Of a stretch of DNA of 38,619 nucleotides, positions 28,508-35,899 are shown piece by piece. Each line of letters begins with the position of its first letter. The stretch's first letter is position 1. A model generated the notes under the pieces. It made no database searches and was not told where the DNA came from. It was given only the letters and a program-made list of their open reading frames with translations. The stretch lies in the IMG/VR virus record IMGVR_UViG_3300049859_000058, positions 1 through 38,619 of that record. One strand, 5' to 3'. A program made the translations under genes and the position numbers. Origin of the DNA: a virus. Its lineage: Duplodnaviria > Caudoviricetes.

Positions 28508-28696
28508 ATGGAATTCATGGAAGCTACCCATCTGGAATACATCGGCCTGGCCCTATTCGTGGCCAGCGAAATCGTCGGCATGAGCAAGCTCAAGTCGAAC
28601 AGCGTCCTGCAGCTCATGCTGATGGCGGCCCGCCAGGCCTTCCCCTACAGCCGCAAGACCAGCAACAACCCGCTCGACAAGATCCTGGGGAAGTAG
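28508..28696 (+). CDS. Small membrane protein (holin-like)
   Basis: IGLALFVASEIVGMSKLKSNSVLQL; GAGGAG RBS before ATG 28508. Confidence 0.6.
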   Translation: MEFMEATHLEYIGLALFVASEIVGMSKLKSNSVLQLMLMAARQAFPYSRKTSNNPLDKILGK

Positions 28697-28699
28697 CCC

Positions 28700-29140
28700 A
28701 TGGACCGGGCAGCAATGATCAGGCAGCTTCGCCTCCACGAGGGGGAGCGCCTGAAGCCGTACCGGTGCACCGCCGGAAAGCTCACCATCGGCGTCGGCCG
28801 AAACCTGGACGACCGCGGGATCAGCGCCGCTGAATCCGCCTACCTGCTGGGCAACGACATTGACCATCACTGGCGCGAGCTGGTGAAGGCGCTGCCGTGG
28901 GTGGAGCAGCTGGACGAGGTGCGCCAGCGCGTGCTGCTGGATATGGCCTTCAACCTGGGCATCGGCGGCCTGCTGGGCTTCAAGAACACCCTCGCCACCA
29001 TCAAGGGCGGCAACTACCGCAAGGCTGGCGAAATGATGCTCGACAGCAAGTGGGCCGGGCAGGTGGGGCAGCGTGCTGACCGCCTGGCGGTGATGATGGC
29101 CACCGGCAAGGACCCCACCTTCAGCGTGGTGCGGCCGTGA
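28700..29140 (+). CDS. Lysozyme (T4-like, GH24) endolysin
   Basis: L..HEG.RLKPY.C..G..TIGVGRN...MAFNLG..GL..FK......MLDS.WA.QV..RA. Confidence 0.92.
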   Translation: MDRAAMIRQLRLHEGERLKPYRCTAGKLTIGVGRNLDDRGISAAESAYLLGNDIDHHWRELVKALPWVEQLDEVRQRVLLDMAFNLGIGGLLGFKNTLATIKGGNYRKAGEMMLDSKWAGQVGQRADRLAVMMATGKDPTFSVVRP

Positions 29141-29361
29141 ACTACCGGCAGGGCCGCTTCGACGTGATCGTCGGCGGCGTGCTGCGCAGCTACCAGCGGT
29201 GGGATGATCTGCCCGACGTGTTCGACCAGCTCGTGCGCTTCGAGCCGGACATCCCGCCGCCACCCCACACCCCCGAGCAACATGCCGGGATCGAGGCCTG
29301 GGATGCCAGGCTGCAGGAGCTGCTAAGGACGCACCATGCCAGCCGCAACCCGCGTGGGTGA
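29137..29361 (+). CDS. Hypothetical protein coupled to the PAAR gene
   Basis: WDDLPDVFDQLVRFEPDIPPPPHTPEQH...W..RLQEL; GTGA overlap with the lysozyme stop. Confidence 0.65.
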   Translation: MNYRQGRFDVIVGGVLRSYQRWDDLPDVFDQLVRFEPDIPPPPHTPEQHAGIEAWDARLQELLRTHHASRNPRG

Positions 29362-29623
29362 CCCGGACGTGCCGCACTGCTCGCCCATGGTGCGGGCCCG
29401 CGGCAGCCACGACGTGTTCATCAACGGCAGGCCCTGGTCGCGCCAGGGCGATCCCAACACCCCGCACCTGCTGCCGGGCAACCCGTGCCCCACCCACAGC
29501 GCACCCATCGCCATTGGCAGCCGCACCGTGCGCGTCAACGGCAAGGGCGGCGGCAGGGTGGGCGACGCCATCATCGGCTGCACCAGCGTGGCGGTGGGCA
29601 GCCACGACGTGTTCGCGGGCTAG
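29336..29623 (+). CDS. PAAR-domain spike tip protein (T4 gp5.4-like)
   Basis: PAATRVGD...HC; GS.DVFING...RQGD...H...C..H; GS.TV.VNG...RVGD...C....GS.DVFAG. Confidence 0.9.
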   Translation: MPAATRVGDPDVPHCSPMVRARGSHDVFINGRPWSRQGDPNTPHLLPGNPCPTHSAPIAIGSRTVRVNGKGGGRVGDAIIGCTSVAVGSHDVFAG

Positions 29624-30792
29624 ACGCCCAGCGACGTGCCGATGCCATCCACCACACGCTTTGCCACCTGGTCCATGAGGTGGGCGTAGCGGGCCGTCGT
29701 CTGCGGGCTCTGGTGCCCCAGCAGCTGGCCCACCACGGCCAGCTCGTAGCCGTCGCTCAGCACCTCGCTGGCGAAGTGGTGGCGCAGGTCGTGCACCCGC
29801 AGGTGACCCAGGCCTGACAGCTCCAGCAGGGCCAGCCACATCTTCCGGTAGCTGGTCATCGGCTTGTCCGGGTCTTCGCCCGGGATCAGCCAGGGCGTGG
29901 GAGCGTTCTGATGGCGCTGCAGCTCGCGCAGGATCTCCACGGCCCGGGGCCCCAGCTGCACCAGCAGCGGCTCGTTCGTTTCGTCGCCCGTCTTGTGCTC
30001 CTCGGGCGGCACCACCATCAGGCCCCGCTCCCAGTTCACCCACTCCCACCGGGCCTCCATGACGTTGCGCAGGCGGGCGCCGGTGAGCAGCAGCAGGCGC
30101 ACCATCTGGCCGAAGCGCCAGCGGATGGTGCCCGCGCCGTACCGGGCCTCCCACAGCGCCAGCCCGGCCCGCAGTTTTTCCAGCTCCTCGACGCTTAGGT
30201 AGCGGATGCGCTTCCGCTCGCCGTGCGCTTTCACGCCCTTGCACGGGTTCGTGTTCCGCGGCCGCACGCCCCACTGCTCAGCCAGGTCCATGGCCTTGCT
30301 CAGCACTTCCAGGGCGCGGTTGGCGGTGATCTTCTTCGGGTGCTCGCGGTGCCAGCGGCGCACGGCCTCATGGGTGAGCAGCACTACCTTCGTGCGCTCG
30401 CCCAGGCCCGGCAGGATGTGGTTCTTCCAGTAGCCCCGGTCGTTGGCGGCGCTGCGCTTCCCGCTGGCGTGCTCCTCCATGTAGCGGTCGCGCAGCTCAG
30501 CCAGGGTGGCGGCCTTGCGCAGGGCCCGGGCCTCAGCGGTGGGGTCCTTGCCCTCGCGCACCTGGGCCAGGGCCTCGCGGGCCAGGCGGCGAGCATCATC
30601 AGGCGTCAGCTCCACCGGCGTGCCCAGCTTCATTTCGCGCTGCACCCCGTCGATGGTGCGGTGGCGCAGGTAGTAGGTCTTCGCCCCGGTGGGCGTGACC
30701 AGCAGGGTGAGGCCTGGCACCAGGCTGTCGTTCAGGCGGTAGCGTTTGGCCTGCGGCTGCGCCTGCTCAACACCGGTTTTCGTCAGCTTCAT
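29620..30792 (-). CDS. int: Tyrosine integrase with N-terminal arm-binding domain (P4-like)
   Basis: MKLTK...D...PGL.L.VTPTG.KTY (arm domain); LLTGAR, HDLRH, LLGH, TARY catalytic motifs. Confidence 0.95.
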   Translation of the reverse strand: MKLTKTGVEQAQPQAKRYRLNDSLVPGLTLLVTPTGAKTYYLRHRTIDGVQREMKLGTPVELTPDDARRLAREALAQVREGKDPTAEARALRKAATLAELRDRYMEEHASGKRSAANDRGYWKNHILPGLGERTKVVLLTHEAVRRWHREHPKKITANRALEVLSKAMDLAEQWGVRPRNTNPCKGVKAHGERKRIRYLSVEELEKLRAGLALWEARYGAGTIRWRFGQMVRLLLLTGARLRNVMEARWEWVNWERGLMVVPPEEHKTGDETNEPLLVQLGPRAVEILRELQRHQNAPTPWLIPGEDPDKPMTSYRKMWLALLELSGLGHLRVHDLRHHFASEVLSDGYELAVVGQLLGHQSPQTTARYAHLMDQVAKRVVDGIGTSLGV

Positions 30793-30937
30793 TCCCTGCC
30801 TCCAGTCCCACACCGTTCCCACACCATTCCCACAAAATGGCGGGATTGGTGGTGATGTAGCAGGAAGCTGGGCCGGTAGCAATCACGCAATATCAAAGGC
30901 TTAAGGATGCCGGAGTATCTGCAAGGATGCCGGGTGC

Positions 30938-30987
30938 TCAGGCTCATAACCTGAAGGTCGTAGGTTCAAATCCTACTCCCGCAACCA
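30938..30987 (+). other. attP core: 3' portion of an initiator tRNA-Met(CAT)
   Basis: Anticodon arm TCAGG-CTCATAA-CCTGA, T arm GTAGG-TTCAAAT-CCTAC, acceptor 3' strand TCCCGCA-ACCA; no 5' strand or D arm upstream; next to the integrase. Confidence 0.9.
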
Positions 30988-30995
30988 AGCAAAAC

Positions 30996-31026
30996 GCCGC
31001 TGGCCCAATGGGTTAGCGGCTTTTTT
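30996..31026 (+). terminator. Rho-independent terminator downstream of the tRNA fragment
   Basis: GCCGCTGGCCC-AAT-GGGTTAGCGGC stem (two G-U pairs) followed by TTTTTT. Confidence 0.85.
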
Positions 31027-31081
31027 GTTGCCCAGGCCCAGGGCCTCCAGCAGCCCCAGTCCCACACCATTCCCACAGCAG

Positions 31082-31393
31082 TCAGGCATCCCGCCGGTAG
31101 GCCGAGTGGTTCTCGGCGTGGGTGCGCCGCCGGTGGCAGTTGCAGCACCGCACGTCACACTTCGCCACCTCCTTGGCCAGCCTGGCCGGGCCGCACCCGT
31201 CGCTGGCCATGCGGCTCACGTTGGCCAGCTTCGTGGCCGGGTCGCGGTGATCAAACTCCAGCACCCGCACGTCGGCCTCGCCGCAGTCCACGCATGGGTG
31301 GCTGCGCAGGTACTCCTTCAGCCACAGCCGTGCTCGCACCTTGGAGCGCCGCTTGTATTCCGCCAGCTGGCGCCGCCGCTGTTCTCGGTCCAT
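31082..31393 (-). CDS. HNH endonuclease-like protein
   Basis: CVDCG...LEFDH.DP..K...EVAKC.V.C.NCHR.R. Confidence 0.85.
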   Translation of the reverse strand: MDREQRRRQLAEYKRRSKVRARLWLKEYLRSHPCVDCGEADVRVLEFDHRDPATKLANVSRMASDGCGPARLAKEVAKCDVRCCNCHRRRTHAENHSAYRRDA

Positions 31394-31494
31394 TGCCACC
31401 GGCAGCGCAGGCACCCCTCGCCATGCTAAGGGCGCTCAACCTGCCAACCGGCGTCGCGCACACTACCCTGAGCCCATCCCATCGCTCTGGGCTC

Positions 31495-31779
31495 ATGGCG
31501 TGGCTGAACTTCGGGCTGCCCCTGGAGGAGGAGTGGGAAGTGGAGAAGCAGGCCCGGGCCATCCGCGACTGCGACGACATCGACAAGCTGCGCGACGTTG
31601 CCGAGCAGGCGTTCAGGGCCTGGGTGCAGCAGACCGACATCGTGGGGCAACTTATCCAGCAGCTGGCCGATGCCGAGGCGCTGCTGGCGCAGGCTGGCAT
31701 CGGTGAGCCGGTGGATGAGGAGTACCTGGAGTGGGCCCGCAGCCTCTACCCCGACGCCTGGCGCTCGGGGCAAAGCTGA
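31495..31779 (+). CDS. Hypothetical phage protein
   Basis: MAWLNFGLPLEEEWEVEKQARAI...; protein-like composition and phage-typical codon use. Confidence 0.7.
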   Translation: MAWLNFGLPLEEEWEVEKQARAIRDCDDIDKLRDVAEQAFRAWVQQTDIVGQLIQQLADAEALLAQAGIGEPVDEEYLEWARSLYPDAWRSGQS

Positions 31780-31940
31780 TCGGCGTACAGGTGCGCCATC
31801 CACAGGTCTTCGCAGTAGCGGCACACAGCGCCACCGGGCGAGCAGACGCGGTAGTACAACTCGCCCCGGTCGTTCTGCAGGGCCTCGATGCAGCGGCCGT
31901 CATCGAAGCTGCTGCTGCTGAGGATGGTGGGCTGGCTCAC
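31746..31940 (-). CDS. Hypothetical phage protein
   Basis: GTGA coupling; ...IEAL....GELYYRVC...G.VCRY.EDLW.A. Confidence 0.65.
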   Translation of the reverse strand: MSQPTILSSSSFDDGRCIEALQNDRGELYYRVCSPGGAVCRYCEDLWMAHLYADQLCPERQASG

Positions 31941-32140
31941 TGCTGCGGTTCCATGGCCTCTGCCATTCTGCGGGCCTCGGCCAGGGCGTCGCTGCGGGTG
32001 AGCAGCGGCAGGCCCCAGTGCACCACCCGGCCGTCGTGCACCCATGGTGAGAACCAGGTGTCCACACCAGCTGCACGCGGGTGCACCCCGTAGCAGGGGT
32101 GCCGCTGGCCCTGGTAGCAGGGCGCCTCCGCGAGGATCAC
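31937..32140 (-). CDS. Hypothetical phage protein
   Basis: GTGA-coupled on both sides within the minus-strand operon. Confidence 0.6.
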   Translation of the reverse strand: MILAEAPCYQGQRHPCYGVHPRAAGVDTWFSPWVHDGRVVHWGLPLLTRSDALAEARRMAEAMEPQQ

Positions 32141-32439
32141 CGCTCCAGCCCGTTGAGGCGGTCGGCCACCAGCTGGGCGTAGCCCGCGATGTCGTGCCAG
32201 CTGTCGGCGTAGTCGGGGTCGCCGTTCAGGATGCGGCCGATCTTGTGGCAGATCATGTCCAGGGCTTCCTGCTGGTCCGGGGCCAGGTGGTTGCCGCAGC
32301 TGCCATCCGGCCTGGTCCTGCGGATGGGCGTGTGATCGGAAATCACCTGCTTTAGTTCCTGGGTGATGCGGGCGTGGCCGGTGAAGGCCCCGTACCGCTG
32401 GCCCCGCTCCTGCAGGGTGGCTGAAATGTCGGTGGTCAT
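32137..32439 (-). CDS. DUF6378-like protein
   Basis: L.ERG..YG.F...A...Q.LK...EALDMI.HKIGRILNGDP.Y.DSW.DIAGYA.L. Confidence 0.75.
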   Translation of the reverse strand: MTTDISATLQERGQRYGAFTGHARITQELKQVISDHTPIRRTRPDGSCGNHLAPDQQEALDMICHKIGRILNGDPDYADSWHDIAGYAQLVADRLNGLER

Positions 32440-32951
32440 CCCTTGCTCCCCATCACAGTGCGGTCGCCGTTGTAGCGGCCGGTCAGCGCATAGCTCCGCT
32501 GCGGCCTGCTGCTCATCACCAGGAACTTCATCTGGCCGATGGGCATCCGGTGCCAGATCGGCACCGCGTGCAGGCGGCGCACGTTCTTCAGCTCCATGGT
32601 CAGCACTGAGCCGTGCCAGCCCGGGTCACACCACCCGGCCAGCAGGTGCTGGATGCCCTCGCGGGCCCGGCTGCTCTTGAGCACGAACTGAGCCGCCACG
32701 TGGTCAGGCAGGTTGAACACCTCCTTGGTCTCGGCCAGCACGAAGTGCCCGGGCTTCAGCAGGTACGGCTCCCAGGGCGTGGTGCGGCTGATGTCCACGG
32801 TGCGCAGCTGGCGGCTCCAACGCTGCTCCACCTGCAGCCGGGCGCCCAGGCGCACGTCCAGGCTGGCGGGGTTGATGGCCCCCGGGTGGTAGTTCTCCAC
32901 CATCTGCTGGCCTTCGATCAAGGCCCGGATTTCCCAGTCGGCCAGGATCAC
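32436..32951 (-). CDS. dcd: dCTP deaminase
   Basis: MILADWEI, INPASLDVRLG, FVLAET.E, LKSSRAREG, AGWCDPGWHG..LTMEL.N, IGQM.F. Confidence 0.92.
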   Translation of the reverse strand: MILADWEIRALIEGQQMVENYHPGAINPASLDVRLGARLQVEQRWSRQLRTVDISRTTPWEPYLLKPGHFVLAETKEVFNLPDHVAAQFVLKSSRAREGIQHLLAGWCDPGWHGSVLTMELKNVRRLHAVPIWHRMPIGQMKFLVMSSRPQRSYALTGRYNGDRTVMGSKG

Positions 32952-33115
32952 TGCTCGGCCTCCTGCTGTGCATCTGTAGGGGCGACGAGCTTGCCGCCCT
33001 GCACGGTGAAGCCCGCGAGCACCCTGTAGACATCCTCAGAGCTGAACCTGCTGTAGCGGGGCTTGCCCGGGGGCGTTTGCAGGCTTGCCCGGGCAGCGTC
33101 AATCAGGCGGATCAC
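32948..33115 (-). CDS. Hypothetical protein (55 aa)
   Basis: Own translation MIRLIDAARASLQ...YRVLAGFTVQGGKL...; GTGA coupling at both ends. Confidence 0.55.
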   Translation of the reverse strand: MIRLIDAARASLQTPPGKPRYSRFSSEDVYRVLAGFTVQGGKLVAPTDAQQEAEQ

Positions 33116-33288
33116 TGGGCCACCTCCACCGAGCAGGGAGCGGCATCGGGGCGGGCGTATTCGGCGGCGAGGCCGGTGTAGAGGCTGTGCATGGGATGGT
33201 CGTGATTGTGCCGCCCGTCTAGGGCGTACCAGGCATCGAGCTGTTCCTGGCGGGCCAGCTGCTCGACGGGGTTGCAGTCGGGGTTCAT
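33112..33288 (-). CDS. Hypothetical protein (58 aa)
   Basis: Own translation MNPDCNPVEQLARQEQLDAWYALDGRHNHDHPMHSLYTGLAAEY...; fills the gap below thyX. Confidence 0.65.
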   Translation of the reverse strand: MNPDCNPVEQLARQEQLDAWYALDGRHNHDHPMHSLYTGLAAEYARPDAAPCSVEVAQ

Positions 33289-33301
33289 CAGGGTGCGGGG
33301 G

Positions 33302-34033
33302 TCAGGGTGCTAGGCGGGCCTTGGCCCACCGGTTGCGGCGATACCAGTCGGCCACCTGCGGGGCCCATGCCAGGAACTCGGGCCACAGCAGGTCGCACAG
33401 CTGGCGGATTTCCAGCTGGGCGTCCTCCTTGGCCCGCAGGTCCAGGAAGTGCATCAAGGCCCGCAGGCTGAAGCTGGCCACGAAATGCTGCCGGAAGTCG
33501 AAGGGCACCATGCCGCGGGCGTGCTCCTCGGACAGGCCGAAGCGTTCCACGGCCGTGGCGTAGTTCGCCACCAGCCTGGTGGCCACCTCCAGGTACTGCT
33601 GCCGCATCGCCTCGCTGTAGAGGTATCGCTTGCCTTGGCGGTCGGTGTAGGCGCCAGGCGGGCGCAGGTAGATCACGTCCTCCACGTCCAGCTCGCCAGC
33701 GGCCGCGGCCTGCAGGCGCTTGCCGGTGTACCGGCCGGACTGCACGTCGAAGCTCACGCCCACCCGATGGGTGCGGGCCTGCTGCATGACGCTGTGCGGG
33801 AACCAGCCGCAGTTCACCACCAGCTGGGCGTGCTCCAGCGGGCCGTAGTGGCCCCGGTGCCCGGCCAGCAGGTGCTTCACCAGCAGCTCACCAGCCCGCT
33901 CCTCGCTGGGCCAGGTGGTGGGATCGACGCCCACGAAATCCTCGCTGTAGTCCTGGTGCATGGCCGCCCAGCAGGTGCGCTGGGGGTAAGGGGTGGCGGC
34001 AAGGGTCACCACCCGGAAGCGGGCGTCAGGCAT
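33302..34033 (-). CDS. thyX: FAD-dependent thymidylate synthase
   Basis: GHYGPLEH, QARTHR..SFDVQSGRY, EHARG, SLRALMHFLDLR...AQLEIR. Confidence 0.95.
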   Translation of the reverse strand: MPDARFRVVTLAATPYPQRTCWAAMHQDYSEDFVGVDPTTWPSEERAGELLVKHLLAGHRGHYGPLEHAQLVVNCGWFPHSVMQQARTHRVGVSFDVQSGRYTGKRLQAAAAGELDVEDVIYLRPPGAYTDRQGKRYLYSEAMRQQYLEVATRLVANYATAVERFGLSEEHARGMVPFDFRQHFVASFSLRALMHFLDLRAKEDAQLEIRQLCDLLWPEFLAWAPQVADWYRRNRWAKARLAP

Positions 34034-34241
34034 CAGGCGGGATAGGGCGTCGGGACAGGTGGATCTGGGGCAGGCGCCACTCGGCGCCCAGGCAATCGGC
34101 CACCAGGTAGTGGGGCAGCAGGCCGTGCTGCGGGTCGTATTCCAGCACCCGCACGGGGGCGGCCTGGGGCCAGCCGCGCACGTAGGCCAGGTCGCCCGGC
34201 TTGAAGCGCCAGGGGTGGGCGTTCAGGAGGCGGATGTTCAT
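34026..34241 (-). CDS. Hypothetical protein (SH3-like)
   Basis: ATGA coupling; WRFKPGDLAYVRGW...PHYLVAD..G..W..PQIHLS. Confidence 0.65.
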   Translation of the reverse strand: MNIRLLNAHPWRFKPGDLAYVRGWPQAAPVRVLEYDPQHGLLPHYLVADCLGAEWRLPQIHLSRRPIPPDA

Positions 34242-34438
34242 GGCAGGGCTCGCACTTCGGTGGACAGGCCCCAGCACAGCTTCAGCAGCTGCTGGCGGTC
34301 GATGGCCTCGTCAAGGCTGGGCGTCGCCCAGGCAGCCTGGGGCCCATCGCACAGCAGCATCGGGTTCGGCACCAGCTGGGTGGGGTCGTGGCGCTTGTCC
34401 ACGCTCACCCACTCGCGGCCACGGATCAGGCCGTACAT
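34238..34438 (-). CDS. Hypothetical protein
   Basis: TGATG coupling; MYGLIRGREWV...A.DRQ.LL...WG. Confidence 0.65.
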   Translation of the reverse strand: MYGLIRGREWVSVDKRHDPTQLVPNPMLLCDGPQAAWATPSLDEAIDRQQLLKLCWGLSTEVRALP

Positions 34439-34602
34439 CACTTGCCTGCCTCCAGCCCCGCGGCCTGCAGCTGGGCGCAGGCGGCCTGGACGCCCGCCTG
34501 GCAATCCCGCCGGGTCATGTCGTCCAGAGTGGTGGTGAGGCAGTAGAAGAACCCGGCAGCCAGAGCCAGACACAGGGTGGTCGCAGTGGCGGTCGCACGC
34601 AT
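34438..34602 (-). CDS. Small membrane protein (54 aa)
   Basis: Own translation MRATATATTLCLALAAGFFYCLTTTLDDMTRRDCQAGVQAACAQL...; preceded by ACACCTACCCC leader. Confidence 0.7.
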   Translation of the reverse strand: MRATATATTLCLALAAGFFYCLTTTLDDMTRRDCQAGVQAACAQLQAAGLEAGK

Positions 34603-34660
34603 GGTAGGTGTGGGGTAGGTGTTCGTGAAGTGGGCCCCGCAGCGGGGGCCCGGTGCAGGG

Positions 34661-34972
34661 TCAGCGGCGCAGCTCCTGCAGCTGGGCCAGTCGGTCCAGG
34701 GCGTCCTGGCTCACGGCGCCCAGGCGCTCCAAGCATTCCAGCCGCACCGTCTTGTCGGCGGTGAGGCTGCCGATCAGGCCGATCAGCAGGCCCGGCTCCA
34801 GCTCGGCGGCCTTGAGGGCCAGCTTGCCCCAGGCCTCGCAGGGGATCTGGTGAACCTGCTCGCCGCGCTGCACCACAATGTCGAAGCGGGCGCGGGTGGC
34901 GCCGCTGGGGAACTCGATCAGTTCCACCAGGCTGTTCCGGCCCACGAGGGTGAGGCTGTTGATGGTTGCCAT
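34661..34972 (-). CDS. ssb: Single-stranded DNA-binding protein (OB fold, no acidic tail)
   Basis: INSLTLVGR...F.SG...ARF.I.V.R....I.CEAWGKLA...AE...G.LIG..GSL. Confidence 0.75.
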   Translation of the reverse strand: MATINSLTLVGRNSLVELIEFPSGATRARFDIVVQRGEQVHQIPCEAWGKLALKAAELEPGLLIGLIGSLTADKTVRLECLERLGAVSQDALDRLAQLQELRR

Positions 34973-34982
34973 GGCTGGCTCC

Positions 34983-35065
34983 GGGGTAGTGGGCGTCGCC
35001 GCCCTTGCCCCCGAAGAATGGCCCAGGGCCGGGGCCACGGAAGGGGGCTGTTGCAATCGTTCACA
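34983..35065 (-). promoter_or_regulatory. Repeated promoter/leader cassette, copy A
   Basis: TGTGAACGATTGCAACA...CATTCT...GGGCG-GCGA-CGCCC-ACTACCCC, then 10 nt to the ssb ATG. Confidence 0.85.
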
Positions 35066-35106
35066 ATGGGCAGGGCGCCTAGCATTCGCGCAGCAGGACA
35101 CGGCCG

Positions 35107-35421
35107 ATGCAGGCGCGGATCGAAGGCACCGAGCTGGTGCCCGCTCGTGTTGCCCGCCACCGGTTTCGCCACGGCATTTTCGAGGCTTGGGCGCATCGCT
35201 GCGCCTATTGCGGCGAGGTGGCGGCCAGCCTGGACCACGTGCTGCCGAAGGCCCGGGGCGGCATGACGGTGCCCAGGAACCTGGTGCCCGCGTGCCTCAG
35301 CTGCAATCGGCGCAAGGGGCACCGCGAGGTGTTCAGCTGGTGGCGTGAGCAGCCCTACTGGGAGGAGGCCGCGCAGGAGCGGCTGATCGAGTGGCTGCGC
35401 GGTCACCTGTCCGGGGCGTAG
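35107..35421 (+). CDS. HNH endonuclease
   Basis: CAYCG....SLDHVLPK.RGG.....NLVPAC.SCN..KG. Confidence 0.9.
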   Translation: MQARIEGTELVPARVARHRFRHGIFEAWAHRCAYCGEVAASLDHVLPKARGGMTVPRNLVPACLSCNRRKGHREVFSWWREQPYWEEAAQERLIEWLRGHLSGA

Positions 35422-35885
35422 ATGGCGCAGTCGGCGGCGAAGGCAGGCCCCTCCTCTAACGGGTCGGGGTAGCCCATGGTGCACCGCTCGTTCCAGTGCT
35501 GGCAGGCGTAGCAGCTGGGGCCCTCGCCAGGCTTCGGCTTCGGCGCAGGCTTCTGCCACCTGGCGATCTCGGGGTGGACGTTGGCGCGGATGATGCCCAG
35601 GCGCACCTGGCGCACGGTTTCGGGGCTGCGGCCCATGGCCAGGGCCAGGGTGCGGTGCCCCTGCTGGCTCAGCAGGATCTGCTTCACCTCGGCGGCGGTG
35701 AGCGGCGGGCGCTGCGTCATGGGCTTGCCTTTTGGCGCACCACCACGGCGGCCGGGCGGTTCGCCGTCGTAGCTGGTCCACCGGAAGCCGCAGGCCTTGC
35801 AAGCATGGCGGCGGCGTCTACCGGTGCTGTTCTTCCTGGATTCGAGGACCTCGGTGTCGGTGCTGTGGCAGTTCTGGCAATCCAT
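35403..35885 (-). CDS. Zn-ribbon (NrdR-N-like) / HTH DNA-binding protein
   Basis: CQNC...T.VLESR....RRRR..C..CGFRWTSY; HTH-like LA.AMGRS.ETVRQVR.G; C-terminal CYAC.HW..RC. Confidence 0.7.
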   Translation of the reverse strand: MDCQNCHSTDTEVLESRKNSTGRRRRHACKACGFRWTSYDGEPPGRRGGAPKGKPMTQRPPLTAAEVKQILLSQQGHRTLALAMGRSPETVRQVRLGIIRANVHPEIARWQKPAPKPKPGEGPSCYACQHWNERCTMGYPDPLEEGPAFAADCAIYAPDR

Positions 35886-35899
35886 GGGGTGAAAGAGGG

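Larger units (their letters stand above)
30804..31079. repeat. Integrase arm-type direct repeats flanking the att core
   Basis: 11-bp units AGTCCCACACC, GTTCCCACACC, ATTCCCACAAA at 30804-30836 and AGTCCCACACC, ATTCCCACAGC at 31058-31079; also AAGGATGCCGG twice at 30903 and 30923. Confidence 0.8.

Noticed and set aside
30793-30882. N-terminal 30-aa extension of the integrase in the ORF track
   Set aside because: It runs through the arm repeats; ATG at 30792 (MKLTK) fits the family N-terminus
30938-30987. Functional tRNA-Met gene
   Set aside because: The 5' acceptor strand and D arm are missing; treated as att core
35049-35065. Canonical CRP or NtcA site
   Set aside because: Half-site spacing is one base too long (TGTGA-N7 versus N6 for CRP; N9 versus N8 for NtcA) in all copies
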